64,000 nucleotides of DNA from Octopus sinensis (Eukaryota): NCBI RefSeq assembly GCF_006345805.1, contig NC_043008.1:44330001-44394000 (forward strand), written 5' to 3'. The notes beneath the pieces are model-generated. The model searched no databases and had not been told where the DNA came from. It saw only the letters and a list, made by a program, of their open reading frames with translations. Each line of letters opens with the position of its first letter. The first letter of the stretch is position 1. The translations under genes were made by a program, and so were the position numbers. Below, in pieces: positions 1 through 13,956 of this stretch.

Positions 1-884
1 TGCTTAATGTAGGTATTTAGTTGATATTACTGAGAGATCAAGCAATAATATCGCGGGCTTTTGGTTCACACTTAGTGAAAAGCATATATATTGGGTGTCA
101 ATCGTGATAGATATTACGCCAATGCCTCTCTTTTAGCAGAGAGAGTTTTCAGGTGATTAAAATCTGTAGGTAAAACGACGAATTATTATCGCGACTACGC
201 TGAGATCTGAAACCGATATCTATAGAGAAACATCGTTAAATATTGTTCATATGCAACTTTACTTCCTCATGCCTCATACCCAATAATTATGCATCCGAAT
301 AAATTAAATATTACATATAGAATTTCCGAAACCATCATTAAATTGACTTTATGCAGGTGAATTAGTCAGCGATTTATTTCAATTTATATATTGTCTGAGT
401 AGGCAGTAAGATCTAATGCACGATTTTAAGCTAATGGACAAAGAGGTTTAACAGAGATTCATATATCTAATGGAGTATTTCGCCAGAAGGAGAGGTCATA
501 CTCTGTTATGCATTAACAAAATGTACAGCTTTATAACTAGCTTTATCTACTTCGTGCCTTTTACATGTAGCAACTCGTATTTGCACAGAACAAACGTATC
601 CAAACTTTCCGCAAGTGACGAAGCTGAGAAACGAATCAGAAATTGTGAATGTATGCAAATATCGAAAACTCCCACATATATAGAGAAACACGAAAATATA
701 CATTTACACACACACACACATACACACACACACACGTACAGCTTGTAGGTATATAATGTCACAACTGAACCATGTATACGTATAAGAAAATGCATAATAG
801 GTATGTTTATAATTTAAGATTCTTTCTCTCTCTACCTCTCTCCCTCTCTATTTCTATACACATATACACACATATACATACCTA

Positions 885-963
<79 letters not shown>

Positions 964-1068
964 TATATACATATATATATATATACATACGTATATATAT
1001 TTATTATGTGAATTTATAAATATAATTATATATATATATTTATTTATTATGTGCATTTACAAATATAT

Positions 1069-1119
<51 letters not shown>

Positions 1120-1515
1120 AGAGAGAGAGAGAGAGAGATATAGAGATAGATAGATATATGCATGCGCATGCGTCTACATGTTTATAGTTTGAGAGTAGTG
1201 TTTCCTGTTAATATTTCAGCTATCGACCTTAGCAATAATGGAATATATAGAAATTCGAAGTTGACGTACCTTCTGGGTATCAATTGAAACAAAATCATGA
1301 GCAACAATGTTTTAAAGTATAAAGACATTATGAGATATGAATGGATGATAACGAATGAGACTTTATTCAAACTAGTAATGTAACGTTATGCAATTGTACT
1401 GATTTGATCGCAAACATTTCTGTGCATGACAATATGAATATATACACAAGCGCATCGATGTATGTATGTATGTGTGTGTGTGTCTGTGTATGTATGTATG
1501 GTATGTATATATATA

Positions 1516-1566
<51 letters not shown>

Positions 1567-2483
1567 TACATACATATATATAATATATATATATAATATA
1601 TATAATATATATAATATATATATATATATAATAACAAAATAATATATAAACATACGCATATATACATACATATATGAACATACCTACATCTATATGTATA
1701 TATACATGCATATATGGGTACAGGACACAAAAAAACGTTGAACACAACGAGAAACGAAAACAGAAAAACAAAAATATGGAAACGGACTTTTTTTTTCAAA
1801 CAACGAAAAAGCAGAGTATAAGACATACAACACAAGGAATATTCCCTTTCTTCAGTTGTCCCTGTTTCGTCTACTACGCGTTCGAAAGCAAGGGCAAGAC
1901 GCGACTTAAATAAAATGTGAGATTTTTTGCGGAGGGGTAAAAGTGGTATTATGTGTCTATATGCATAAATGCATATGCATATGTATGTATGCATGTATGT
2001 AAGTATGTAGGTATCTTTTTATTGATCTCTATATATAACTATCTATCTTGGCATACCGATAGAAGAATTTTTGTTAGAACTCATTCTACATGTTCTTCGC
2101 AATAAAGCGGTTGCCGAGTACAGCAAGAAATTATATATAAGACAAAGGAACAGGAAACTATACAATGAAATTCAATGTCTCACAGCTGTTTCTGCTATGA
2201 AATTCTATTCACTCATAACTGAGTGCCTGTGCATAATCTTCAAGCTTGCTCGGAGCATGTAAAATGATGTGCAGTTTAATATGGGGTTCGTGTCACACAA
2301 CCTCACACTTGAAAACTCCGAGAGAGCGCTCTCCCGATGGTCAGAAATATGAAATTTAAAAAACATCCCTGGATGTTTCATATGAATCCATCCAGCGGTT
2401 CACGAGATATCTTGTCCACGCACAAACAAAGAAACAAACAAACGTGACTGAAAAAACAATACCTCCGCCTTAGCGAAGGCGGA

Positions 2484-2484
2484 G

Positions 2485-2542
<58 letters not shown>

Positions 2543-2611
2543 CAATAATAATGAGAAGAAGAAGAAGAAGAAGAAGAAGAAGAAGAAGAAGAGAAGAAGA
2601 AGAAGAAGAAG

Positions 2612-2640
<29 letters not shown>
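2484..2640. repeat. Compound (AAT)n-(GAA)n microsatellite
   Basis: Tandem trinucleotide runs read directly from the sequence. Confidence 0.95.
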
Positions 2641-2642
<2 letters not shown>

Positions 2643-2847
2643 GCAAAAGATTGTCTTAACTGGTACATCACACGTATTGAGAAGAGCATTGTCAATGGGA
2701 GAACTATTACTACCCATGTATTTTAATTTAACTTTATTTCTATTAAAAAAAATGGCCTACCAATGTATACAATAAGCTTCTATGCCCTAGGAGTCGGGAA
2801 GACACTCGGCAAGAACTGGAAGCAAATTTGAAAGAAGAAAAACCAAT

Positions 2848-2905
<58 letters not shown>

Positions 2906-2914
2906 GTGATAATA

Positions 2915-2986
<72 letters not shown>

Positions 2987-3005
2987 TAGTATTTATAATA
3001 ATAAC
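2848..3005. repeat. (AAT)n microsatellite
   Basis: Long, lightly interrupted AAT array. Confidence 0.95.
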
Positions 3006-3728
3006 AATACGAAGTATAAAAATAAATATATGATCGGTCGTCAAGTATGAATAGCAATAAATATTAATGAATGGTGCGGTTCAGTAACACGAGAGATCGC
3101 TTGAAGTGTTAGATGTCAAGATTATTAGGCGTTGGAATAGAGTCTGCTGTAAATGCGAACGGTACTTTTCCCTCCTCCTTTATGCAAAACCAAACAATTC
3201 GTGTTCCAAAGTTAATTTCCTCAATTAACCGATTAAACCATAAATCGTGCGGTGATCGATTTTACAAAAGGTATTTAACATTATCATTATAATTGATACC
3301 GGAAGTTCATTTTAGATAGGATCTTCGAGGCAACTGACAACAGCAGCACGATATAAAGTAATTAATAACAATTAAATACGATTACGTTTAGTCTGTGTTG
3401 TCCCCTTCACGTCCAGAATGTTGTAAAAGGCGACGAAAAAACTTATGAAATTCAAGCATTTATCGTTTTCGGAGACTAGACACAAAATAATTATGTTCCA
3501 CAATAAATTCTTATGTGACGAGATGATTATAGTACAAATACGTGCAAAATTTCAGCTCTCCTTTGTCTCTCTTTCATTATCTCTCTCTCATTCTGTCTGT
3601 CTGTGTGTCTCTGTCTCTGTCTCTTTTTCTCTTTCTCTAATATGCATGCATACTCAAGCATATACATTTCCAATTTGAATTTGGTGAAAAATTGATTGTA
3701 TTTACACATGGGCTTTTTATGCTACAGT

Positions 3729-3779
<51 letters not shown>

Positions 3780-3796
3780 TCTCTCCCACACACATA

Positions 3797-4003
3797 TTAT
3801 TTCGTTACTACCCACGAGGGGCTACACACAGATGGGACATACAAGGACAGACAAATTGATTAAGTCGATTACATCGAGCCAAGTCCATAACTGGTACTTA
3901 TTTAATCGACCGCGAAAGCATGAAAGGCAAAGTCGAACTCGGCTGAATTTGAACTCAGAACGTAACGGCAGACGAAATACGGCTACGCATTTCGCTCGGC
4001 GTG
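3797..4003 (-). mobile_element. SINE family B (tail type B1), 5'-truncated
   Basis: Reverse complement of the 13723-13956 element: B-box GAGTTCAAATTC, core ACTTTGCCTTTCAT, tail CCCCTCGTGGGTAGTAACGAAAT. Confidence 0.85.
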
Positions 4004-5235
4004 ATTCCACACACACATATGCACGCACACACATACGCACATGCACACGCACACACGTGTATTTTGGAGTATCTTTACATAGTGGGAGAGTTTCAGGATG
4101 GGACCCAAGTCTACACAAAATATCCATTTACATTTCACCATCGCTTATACATACAAAACTAAATGTAGTTTTATATGAATTTTAAATATTCTTATACATA
4201 TCACCATGGATGTCTTACCTCTTTGATAACAGTTATCCATGTACAATGTCATGTTTTCATTGAAAGGTTACTGTACACGTACCACATTTACATTTTATAT
4301 TTTGCTTTACAGGTAAAAGGTTTTATGTAAGGTACAAAAATATAATTAGCTGGGATTGTTATGTCAATAATGGATACGATTTACTTAAATGTACATATTT
4401 TGATTTTTAACCTTAAAATCCATTGGTTTACTTGCGGGTTTTTGAAGCATCCGTCTGCAGAAATAAAACCTGCGTGCGAACTAATACCTGTCTTGTCTAC
4501 TGTTTCTCCCATCCCAGTTCTGTAGTTTTTCAGCATCGCATCAAAACATAATGAAACATGATTACAGATAAATAAAATGAAAACGGAAAACATGCCAGCA
4601 GCTTATATTTAATGTAATGCACACGAAATGACGCAAGACATGTTACACTCTTACGTGGCGGTGAAGTTCAGATCTTACGTAAATGCAGGCTTTTGTGCTT
4701 ACCGTACAAATAAACAAAGCAAATCAGAACATAACAAAACAAAACATGATGAATGATCACAGATTTGAAGATAAGTGCAGCACTATGTCTGGGTTTCATG
4801 TAAGTTCGCGCAGTCCGTTTAGATACTTGTTTTGCTATATTCGTTATATATGCGTTTGGTTCAATTACGAACAGGTCATTTAGTTAGTGAGATAACGTGA
4901 AACTACACATTATAAGCTATTAGCCCACTTACATGTTGATACAAGTGTGTGCGTGCATGAGTGTGTGTTTGAGTAAATAGCATTGTGTTTGCAACTTACC
5001 TCTTGACGGCCGTTGGTTTCTTTATGGTACCTAGCGGTTGGACATATAGCGATGATAGAATAACGAGGTTTCATAAAAAAAAAACATATGATAAGCAATG
5101 GGTCCGATTTGATAAATTAAAATACTTCAAGACGATGCTCCAGTGTTGTCTCGGTCCAATGAATCCCAAGTAGAAGAATAAGAAAACTCAGAATTCAAAT
5201 ATAAATTCATATATTCATAATCATTTTATAAATAC

Positions 5236-5267
<32 letters not shown>

Positions 5268-5269
5268 GC

Positions 5270-5425
5270 TCTCGGAGCGGTTGGCGTTACGAAGGGCACC
5301 CAGCTGTAGAATCTCTGCTAGATCAAGATTGGAGCCTGGTGCAGCAATCTGGTTCGCCAGCCACCAGTCAAAATCGCCCAACCCATGCTAGCATGGAAAC
5401 CGGACGTTAAACGATGATGATGATG

Positions 5426-5430
<5 letters not shown>
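5270..5430 (+). mobile_element. 3' end of a SINE/LINE with (GAT)n tail
   Basis: GGTTGGCGTTACGAAGGGCACCCAGCTGTAGAA...CCCATGCTAGCATGGAAACCGGACGTTAAACGATGATGATG: small hairpin followed by a trinucleotide tail, typical of non-LTR 3' ends. Confidence 0.65.
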
Positions 5431-5476
<46 letters not shown>

Positions 5477-6149
5477 GTGCACACGTGTGTTTGTATGTGT
5501 ATTTGTATACATCGACGTATAGTTTATCCTTTATTCAATTATAAACAAGAGCATATATTGCACTTCTGATCCTTACAATTAAGGATGTCGTAAATAATTG
5601 TTTACAAATTTGAATATTTATGGCCTGTGGATTTGTCCCGGGCACTCCGTATTTCTTCAAGAACGATGCAACTAAAATGCCTCATATTTCAAAAGCTCGC
5701 CTCAGTTAACACACATCGCAAATGTTTCAGCGTAACGAGATAATATAATGCTATACGGAACATTACCGCGTATATACATGTCTGACCCCTATATGAAATT
5801 ATTATACATGATAACAACAGTGACAAATCTGCGTAAAATCGGACAGTACAATATTTATTATATGTATGAAATATGTATGAAATATATAGCTGCCTCCTCG
5901 AGGTTAATATGATTTATGAAGCAATTATATATGCTGTCTTCAATTATTGTTCACAATTCCTGTCCTATGAACTTAAGCTATATACATACATATTTACTGA
6001 CATTTTATCGCGAATATTTAGCATAATTTTATCTCGAATGTTTAGTATAATCTGCACAAGCTGACAAATTACTGGAATCCATGATTTTACCTGGATAACG
6101 AGGGTTAATCTATGATCACAATCTTCTGCATATTAAGAATATAAGTGGA

Positions 6150-6305
6150 TATCCGTCGTTCGACAACGAGGATTCATTTGTTCGCTCAACTGTTTAATTT
6201 TCTGCTGAATAAACGTGCAAGTGGTTGAGTATTCCAGAGTTACGTATAACTTTAATGTAATTTTCCGACAGAATCAGTTTTACAAAGCTGTATCTTCTGA
6301 ATTAT
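6150..6305 (-). mobile_element. Highly decayed 3' part of SINE family C
   Basis: ACGTGCAAGTGGTTGAGTATTCCA and CGTCGTTCGACAACGAGGATTC align loosely to the 49510-49896 copy. Confidence 0.5.
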
Positions 6306-7786
6306 GTCTAGAATGTATCCGATGCGTTCTATGCAGTCTCGGCATGTTCAGTTTTACATAGAAGTTATGGGGCGAGTGGAAGCTATTGTAAATAACTTTT
6401 TGCCGAGATGTCATGTACTTGAAATGAAACCGGGACCACATAGTTCCGAAGCAAACTTCTCAACCATTTCTCCAGATTGTAGCGAAGACGGGAGAAATAT
6501 GTAGTGATATACGTATGAAATATCATAAGGGGTTAACACCAAACATTGGCATCGAGAGATATATCGACCTGAACGTCACTGCATGTTGCAAAGATCCCAG
6601 CCTTCCCGTCTAGAGTGAGGAAAATGTACTGCAATAGGTTCAGATTCCAAAGCCCACGGTTGTTTATTGATTTGCCAAGCTATTTGAGAGATGTACATTA
6701 AGTAAGAGAAGAGGTTTTCAAGAAAGAATTTGATATTCTGCTGCCCAAGATCTCAGATTAACCTATATCACGACAGGTAACTCATAAAAAGTCAGCAATA
6801 TTGGAATCCCTCCTTCACAAAAAGCCAGTTACATATGGTCATTTAAAATTTTATAACATTAGCAGTGCTCCAGCATGGTCACAAACTTTGGGCTGAAACG
6901 CATAAGATAATAAAGAATTGCGTCTACTTAAAATTTTCGATGATACGTTACTTAGACCAAAACATTGCCATGCTAGACTGGTGAATTCGAAGAAAACGAG
7001 TAAATTTAAAAACCAGCCTACAATAGCGATTAAAGATCGCAAATGAATATACAGACGTACAGGTATGAGGTGATTTCGAACCCTGTAATAAACACTTAGT
7101 TCTCATTAGCGCGTGTTACTGCCATGGGCAGTGATTTATAATCAGAAAGTACACAGCATTGCTAGAAATAAGAGTAAAACATAAAATTTATTGAATGACT
7201 GAATGCGATTAGACAAAATAGCTGTACAACTTGGGTGAGGCCCAATTTCAAGAATAATATGAGTTTTTCGAGTTTGTTAAATGAATATTTTTGATAAAAA
7301 CGAAAATATTTTAATATACTGGTATAATTCTTTTTAAATAAAGAAGGGATTTTGTTGGTATGGTTATATGCAACGCTATAAACCTTACAATAATAACTAT
7401 GTGATCGCTGCTATTTCTAGCAATCTAAACGTTGTTGAGTTACCTTGAAGTTTGTTTAAATTAGAGAAACATTACAACTACAAAATAAATATTTACTAAG
7501 CAAGTGAGATATTTTTCATAAATTGAAGTTTTCAAGAAAATTTTCTTTCTGAACTTCATTTTATTTTTGAATATTTCAACTTCACAACTTTAAATATTTG
7601 GTACAAGTTTTTAACGAGCTTTTATTTATACAATCGATTTTTGCATTTCATGTTTATTTCATTCATTGTTTGCAATGTTCTCTCTCCAACTCTCTTTCTC
7701 CTCTCTCTGTCCCTCCCTCTATCTCACACATACACACGCACATTGACTCTAATATAAACACACGCACTGTCTGTAATATAAACACA

Positions 7787-7818
<32 letters not shown>

Positions 7819-8629
7819 TAAATATCACATTAGATTTTTTGCAATTCAAAATGGGGCGTTCAATTCTGCATGAGGCGACTGAAAAAGCTATATTTTTCTC
7901 ACTAAACGTAGTTAAACTACCTTGATATTTGTTCCAAAAAAGAGAGATTATGACTGTGATAAAATAATGAAAGCAATATTTAGTAAGCAAGTGAGCATTA
8001 TTATACAAAGAAATAATGAGATATAAAATATAAAGTTATTAGAATTGGGAATCAAATGTAAAAATATTATCAAATAGCTAGCAGAAAACCACCCAGAGGG
8101 TGGTCTTTCTACTTTTATAGATAATGTGCCTTTATGCGCATGTATTAATATTATTGCTGTTTTTATTCTTCCATGTATTTAGAAATTTCTTCCATATAAT
8201 CAGAAGATTAAAGAAGAATGGTAATTTACAGTCAACATGACCCTTTTCTTTTCTTTCCTTTATTAATGAGTTTTGTGCTATAATTGTATTTCGTCGCTCA
8301 CTATATCTACGGGATTAATTTTGTCTGTAAACCGTTGAAAATGAGACATCACCAATGGTACGCATTGTCTCACTGATTGGAACGAAGAGAAGATATAACG
8401 GAGGACTGCAATAATCATCTGAAGAGGTACATTTTACACATCTGATGTACAATAATAATTACATACGATCTCACCGATGTACTAGGGGTGTAACAATGTG
8501 CCGAAACAATTGTAGTCACTTTGAATAAGGGATGTCTTTCATTCAATTTTCGACCTATCTATCTATCTATTTAACTATGTATTTATCTGTTTGTCTGTCT
8601 GTCTAATAGTCTATCTTTCTGTCCTACTG

Positions 8630-8633
8630 TTTG

Positions 8634-8696
<63 letters not shown>

Positions 8697-8720
8697 GTCT
8701 GTCTGTCTGTCTGTCTGTTT
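8630..8720. repeat. (TCTA)n/(TCTG)n microsatellite
   Basis: Tetranucleotide tandem array. Confidence 0.9.
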
Positions 8721-8774
8721 TCCTGTCTATCTACGTATCCATTTATCTATGTATATATATATATATATATATAC

Positions 8775-9210
8775 AGGAGTTGCTATGTGGTAAGTAGCTT
8801 GTTTACTAACCACATGGTTCCGGGTTCAGTCCCACTGCGTGGTACCTTGGGCAAGTGTCTTCTACTATAGCCTCGGGCCAACTATAGCCTTGTGAGTGGA
8901 TTTGGTAGACGGAAACTGAAAGAAGCCCGTCGTATATATGTATATATATATGTATGCGTGTGTGTGTTTGTGTGTCTGTGTTTGTCCCCCTAGCATTGCT
9001 TGACAACCGATGCTGGTGTGTTTATGTCCCCGTTACTTAGCGGTTCGGCAAAAAGAGACCGATAGAATATGTACTGGGCTTTCAAAAGAATAAGTCCCGG
9101 GTTCGAGTTGCTCGATTAAAGGTGCTGCTCCAGCATGGCCGCAGTCAAATGACTGAAACAAGTAAAAGAGTAAAAGAGTAAAAGAGTAAAAGAGTAAAAG
9201 AGTAAAAGAG
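8775..9210 (+). mobile_element. tRNA-derived SINE family A, full length
   Basis: A-box-like TTGCTATGTGG, B-box GGTTCAGTCCC, CORE-like CCTTGGGCAAGT motif, internal (TA)n(TG)n and (GTAAAAGA)5 tail. Multiple copies in the window. Confidence 0.9.
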
Positions 9211-10312
9211 TATACACACACACAGAAATATATGGGATAAGTGATATTACCGAAGAGACGAAATAATTTGTAACAGTGACAAACGTTTTGGCGAAAGAAA
9301 CGGCAGCTGCATATATTTAATATTTTGTTGTATATTATTTTCTTTCAACTTCGTTCCACGTAAAACTAAACGAATTTCGAAGAATGCAGAGTAATAAAAC
9401 TTGTAAGTTTGAAGCCATTAAAAAATATCGTAATAAACAAAAAGAAAGTTAATGTTGTGGCGAATAGAAGCAGGCTGATGTGATTGCAACGACATTAAAA
9501 TTTCTAACAAGTGGAATCTTAAAACAACAGGAATAGAAGATGGTGTATCGCCTTTTAACTTCGCTCGTTTCCCCGACTTCCCATATCCAATCTTTCCTTG
9601 ATTATAGCATCGATGTCATGTCTCGGCAAAGAGGAAAAAAAAAACGGCAAAATAAAGAATAATCCTTTTTTATTTTGTTTCAATAATGCATATAAAATGG
9701 ACAACTAGAAGCGTAAAAAATTTCTACTTAATGGCAGATATTTTTACATGAAACGATTCATTTTTATCAAAGATTTAATCTGAAATGAGAAATCATCAAC
9801 GACACCACAATCTCATTTTAGTTATCTGATTACTGAAGCACTGAAATATTACAGTCCCTGCTAAAATTGATATTGTTCAATTTAATAGATGATATCTAGG
9901 ACGGATATGCAACGATAAACGTCCGGACATATTGTATTAGCTTTTTCAATTAATATCAATATGTTTTATACATTTTTAGGTGATACATTTTCTTGGCAAT
10001 GATATACACTAAATAGGAACGTAGTCATGTTTCTTCTCATACATCTAATTTGTAGACTTTCTATGATATTCTAATGAAGAATCCGCGATGACGATATTTA
10101 ATTACATCTACCTTGTCATGCAGGCCAATGTCTCATGTCTTACATCGATTTGAAGTTTATGGAATCATTAATTCAGAAAATTTGAACCAACTAATAGGAA
10201 ATGCTTAAAAACGCATTCAATATTTATAGATGGCTTGATACACACACACATTTATATATGTATATACATATTATACATTATATTTGAATTATGTATATAT
10301 ATATATATATAC

Positions 10313-10724
10313 AGGAGTTGCTATGTGGTAAGTAGCTTGTTTACTAACCACATGGTTCCGGGTTCAGTCCCACTGCGTGGTACCTTGGGCAAGTGTCTTC
10401 TACTATAGCCTCGGGCCAACTATAGCCTTGTGAGTGGATTTGGTAGACGGAAACTGAAAGAAGCCCGTCGTATATATGTATATATATATGTATGCGTGTG
10501 TGTGTTTGTGTGTCTGTGTTTGTCCCCCTAGCATTGCTTGACAACCGATACTGGTGTGTTTATGTCCCCGTTACTTAGCGGTTCGGCAAAAAGAGACCGA
10601 TAGAATATGTACTGGGCTTTCAAAAGAATAAGTCCCGGGTTCGAGTTGCTCGATTAAAGGTGCTGCTCCAGCATGGCCGCAGTCAAATGACTGAAACAAG
10701 TAAAAGAGTAAAAGAGTAAAAGAG
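10313..10724 (+). mobile_element. SINE family A (duplicate of 8775-9210)
   Basis: Near-identical to the 8775 copy; tail has 3 instead of 5 GTAAAAGA units. Confidence 0.9.
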
Positions 10725-11783
10725 TATACACACACACACAAATATATGGGATAAGTGATATTACCGAAGAGACGAAATAATTTGTAACAGTGACAAACGT
10801 TTTGGCGAAAGAAACGGCAGCTGCATATATTTAATATTTTGTTGTATATTATTTTCTTTCAACTTCGTTCCACGTAAAACTAAACGAATTTCGAAGAATG
10901 CAGAGTAATAAAACTTGTAAGTTTGAAGCCATTAAAAAATATCGTAATAAACAAAAAGAAAGTTAATGTTGTGATTGCAACGACATTAAAATTTCTAACA
11001 AGTGGAATCTTAAAACAACAGGAATAGAAGATGGTGTATCGCCTTTTAACTTCGCTCGTTTCCCCGACTTCCCATATCCAATCTTTCCTTGATTATAGCA
11101 TCGATGTCATGTCTCGGCAAAGAGGAAAAAAAAAACGGCAAAATAAAGAATAATCCTTTTTTATTTTGTTTCAATAATGCATATAAAATGGACAACTAGA
11201 AGCGTAAAAAATTTCTACTTAATGGCAGATATTTTTACATGAAACGATTCATTTTTATCAAAGATTTAATCTGAAATGAGAAATCATCAACGACACCACA
11301 ATCTCATTTTAGTTATCTGATTACTGAAGCACTGAAATATTACAGTCCCTGCTAAAATTGATATTGTTCAATTTAATAAGATGATATCTAGGACGGATAT
11401 GCAACGATAAACGTCCGGACATATTGTATTAGCTTTTTCAATTAATATCAATATGTTTTATACATTTTTAGGTGATACATTTTCTTGGCAATGATATACA
11501 CTAAATAGGAAACGTAGTCATGTTTCTTCTCATACATCTAATTTGTAGACTTTCTATGAATATTCTAATGAAGAATCCGCGATGACGATATTTAATTACA
11601 TCTACCTTGTCATGCAGGCCAATGTCTCATGTCTTACATCGATTTGAAGTTTATGGAATCATTAATTCAGAAAATTTGAACCAACTAATAGGAAATGCTT
11701 AAAAACGCATTCAATATTTATAGATGGCTTGATACACACACACATTTATATATGTATATACATATTATACATTATATTTGAAT

Positions 11784-11872
<89 letters not shown>

Positions 11873-12639
11873 ATATATACATATATATATGTATATATAT
11901 ATGTGTGTGTGTGTATATATATATATACATACATGTGCGTGTGTGTGTATTCAATATGTATTCGTCTGTTGACAAAGATCGTCCTCATGTATCGGCATAC
12001 AAATGCTATATTACAGTTCGAGCCATATATCCCTGGACGTACATCTGCAATTCAATAATAATTGCCCTGATGTGTTAAGCTATATTTTACATAATGCGTC
12101 ACCCATGGGTCTGCTGCCGAATCTTCGTTGAAACAATTGTAGTATCAGTTTTTAAAAAAAATGGTTGTGATTGTCCAACGGAATGTCGAATCTCTCTGGA
12201 GTATATTTTAAGGAATGTAACTGAAATTTCAATGTATACTTTGTAGAAATGATGGCATTTTTCTTTAGTTTGTTGAACCAAAATATCTTGATAATACATT
12301 TATAACGCTTAGGATGATGTCAAGAAAGATACGTGCCAAAATCTAATACACGGGATACTTAGCTGTGAGCCACATATCCGTACAAGGAGAGTAACTTTTC
12401 TCAGTGAGAAAATTCATTCAGGTTTCATATCAAATTGACATCGCATATTTCTAGATACCGAGACATGCAAAATAAAAGTGCTATCTTTTTCATAAACCTG
12501 CAATACATCCTTATTATTAATGTATGCTTACCATCATCCATAAATTTATAATTTAATATACATGTGTGAGTATATGTTTGTGTGTGTGTGCATGCATGTG
12601 TGTGCGTATGTATGTATGCATACACATACAGAGTATGCT

Positions 12640-12820
12640 TCTGAAAAGGCCTTGTTGGAGGCCCAACCTTTCGAGGTTTTTTTTGTCTAGGCTTAGAAAA
12701 AATGAGGGCCTGCTGCAATAAGTGGGTGAATCTAAAAGGGGAATATGTTGAACATAGTGTAAATTAGCTGATCTTCCTATATTTTCTTTTGCCCAAAGCC
12801 AGGAAATATCTTCGGCTCCA
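12640..12820 (+). mobile_element. Mariner transposase C-terminal remnant with 3' end
   Basis: Translates to GLEKMRACCNKWVNLKGEYVE, matching the mariner C-terminal G(I/L)xKLxxRWxKCVxxxGxYVE pattern. Confidence 0.65.
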
Positions 12821-13011
12821 CAATTTGTTACGTAATTACCATATGGCAACAGTTCCATGTTAGAAATAGAGATAACTTCAGGAATCAAGAAATTCTCCGA
12901 AAAATAACATTCCGTTAAGGAAAAGGACAGACGCGTTGTCTGGAGTTACGAAGACAGTCAAGCAAATATATTGGGCCTCAGGACGCGTTATTAGCACAGA
13001 AACGTCTGCTA

Positions 13012-13431
13012 GGCGTAGGAGTGGATGCGTGGTAAGCAACTTGCTAATAACCACAGTTCCGGGTTCAGTCCCACTGCGTGGCACCTTGGGCAAGTGTCTT
13101 CTACTATAGCCTCGCACCGACCAAACCCTTGTGAGCGGATTTGGTAGACGGAAACTGAAAGACTCTCGTCGTATATATATGTATATATATGTGAGTGTGT
13201 GTGTGTTGTGTGTGTGTGTATGCGTGTGTGTCTGTGTTTGTCCCCCCAACATCGCTTGACAACCGATGCTGGTGTGCTTACGTCCCCGTAACGTAGTGGT
13301 TCGGCGGAAGAGACCGATAGAATAAGTACTAGGCTTCCGAAGAATAAGTATGGGGGTCGATTTACTCGACTAAAGGTTGTGCTCCAGCATGGCCACAGTC
13401 AAATGACTGAAACAAGTAAAAGAGTAAAAGT
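13012..13431 (+). mobile_element. SINE family A, full length
   Basis: Same head, core, internal microsatellite and GTAAAAGA tail as the 8775 copy. Confidence 0.9.
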
Positions 13432-13722
13432 GCAATCACCAAGACAACGAGAACACTTTAATCTTCTGCGTAGTACTTCTGTTTCAAATTTTACCTATGG
13501 TACATATACATTACGCCACATAATATAGCGTCGAAAAGTAGGAGATACCTTACTCTAGAATTACGTCCATTGGATTTTCATTATAAAGTTGATTATCATT
13601 CTATCAATGTTTTCCAGTCTCCACTAATTTCAGATATTGTTATTGCTTATGATAGGCTTTCATTTTCATTGGATGCCCATCTGTATCCTTTTAGAAATGA
13701 TATATTAATTATTAGATAATAA

Positions 13723-13956
13723 AAGGCGTCGAGCTGGCAGAATCGTTAGCACGCCGGGCGAAATGCGTAGCCGTATTTCGTCTGCCGTTACGTTCTGAGT
13801 TCAAATTCGACCGAGGTTGACTTTGCCTTTCATCCTTTCGGGGTCGATAAATTAAGCACCAGTTACGCACTGGTGTCGATGTAATCGACTTAATCCGTGT
13901 GTCTGTCCTTGTTTGTCCCCTCTGTGTTTAGCCCCTTGTGGGTAGTAAAGAAATAG
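13723..13956 (+). mobile_element. tRNA-derived SINE family B (Meta/RUDI-like core, tail B1), full length with 22-bp TSD
   Basis: A-box TGGCAGAATCG, B-box GAGTTCAAATTC, core GACTTTGCCTTTCATCCTTTCGGGGTCGATAAATTAAG. GATATATTAATTATTAGATAAT is repeated at 13699-13720 and 13956-13977. Confidence 0.9.

Larger units (their letters stand above)
8748..11783. repeat. Tandem direct duplication of ~1.5 kb (units 8748-10289 and 10290-11783)
   Basis: Near-identical units, each starting with a family A SINE. Junctions lie in TATG(TA)n. Units differ by a 23-bp indel, SINE tail length and a few single-base changes. Confidence 0.95.

Noticed and set aside
1820-1910. Possible permuted hammerhead (minus strand GAAAC...CTGAAGA)
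   Set aside because: Motif order and stems could not be assembled convincingly by eye.
832-1994. ORFs rich in YI/CV/HT dipeptides (also near 11.7k, 17k, 21k, 23k, 29.4k, 39-40k, 55k, 58.6k, 60.5k)
   Set aside because: They are translations of (TA)n/(TG)n/(CA)n microsatellites, not genes.
8806-10544. Identical 66-aa minus-strand ORFs suggesting a duplicated gene
   Set aside because: Both are antisense readings of SINE A inside the tandem duplication.
12099-12299. Possible Penelope RT fragment (IRQQTHG)
   Set aside because: Only a very short resemblance to the Q..G.AMG motif; flanking motifs are absent.
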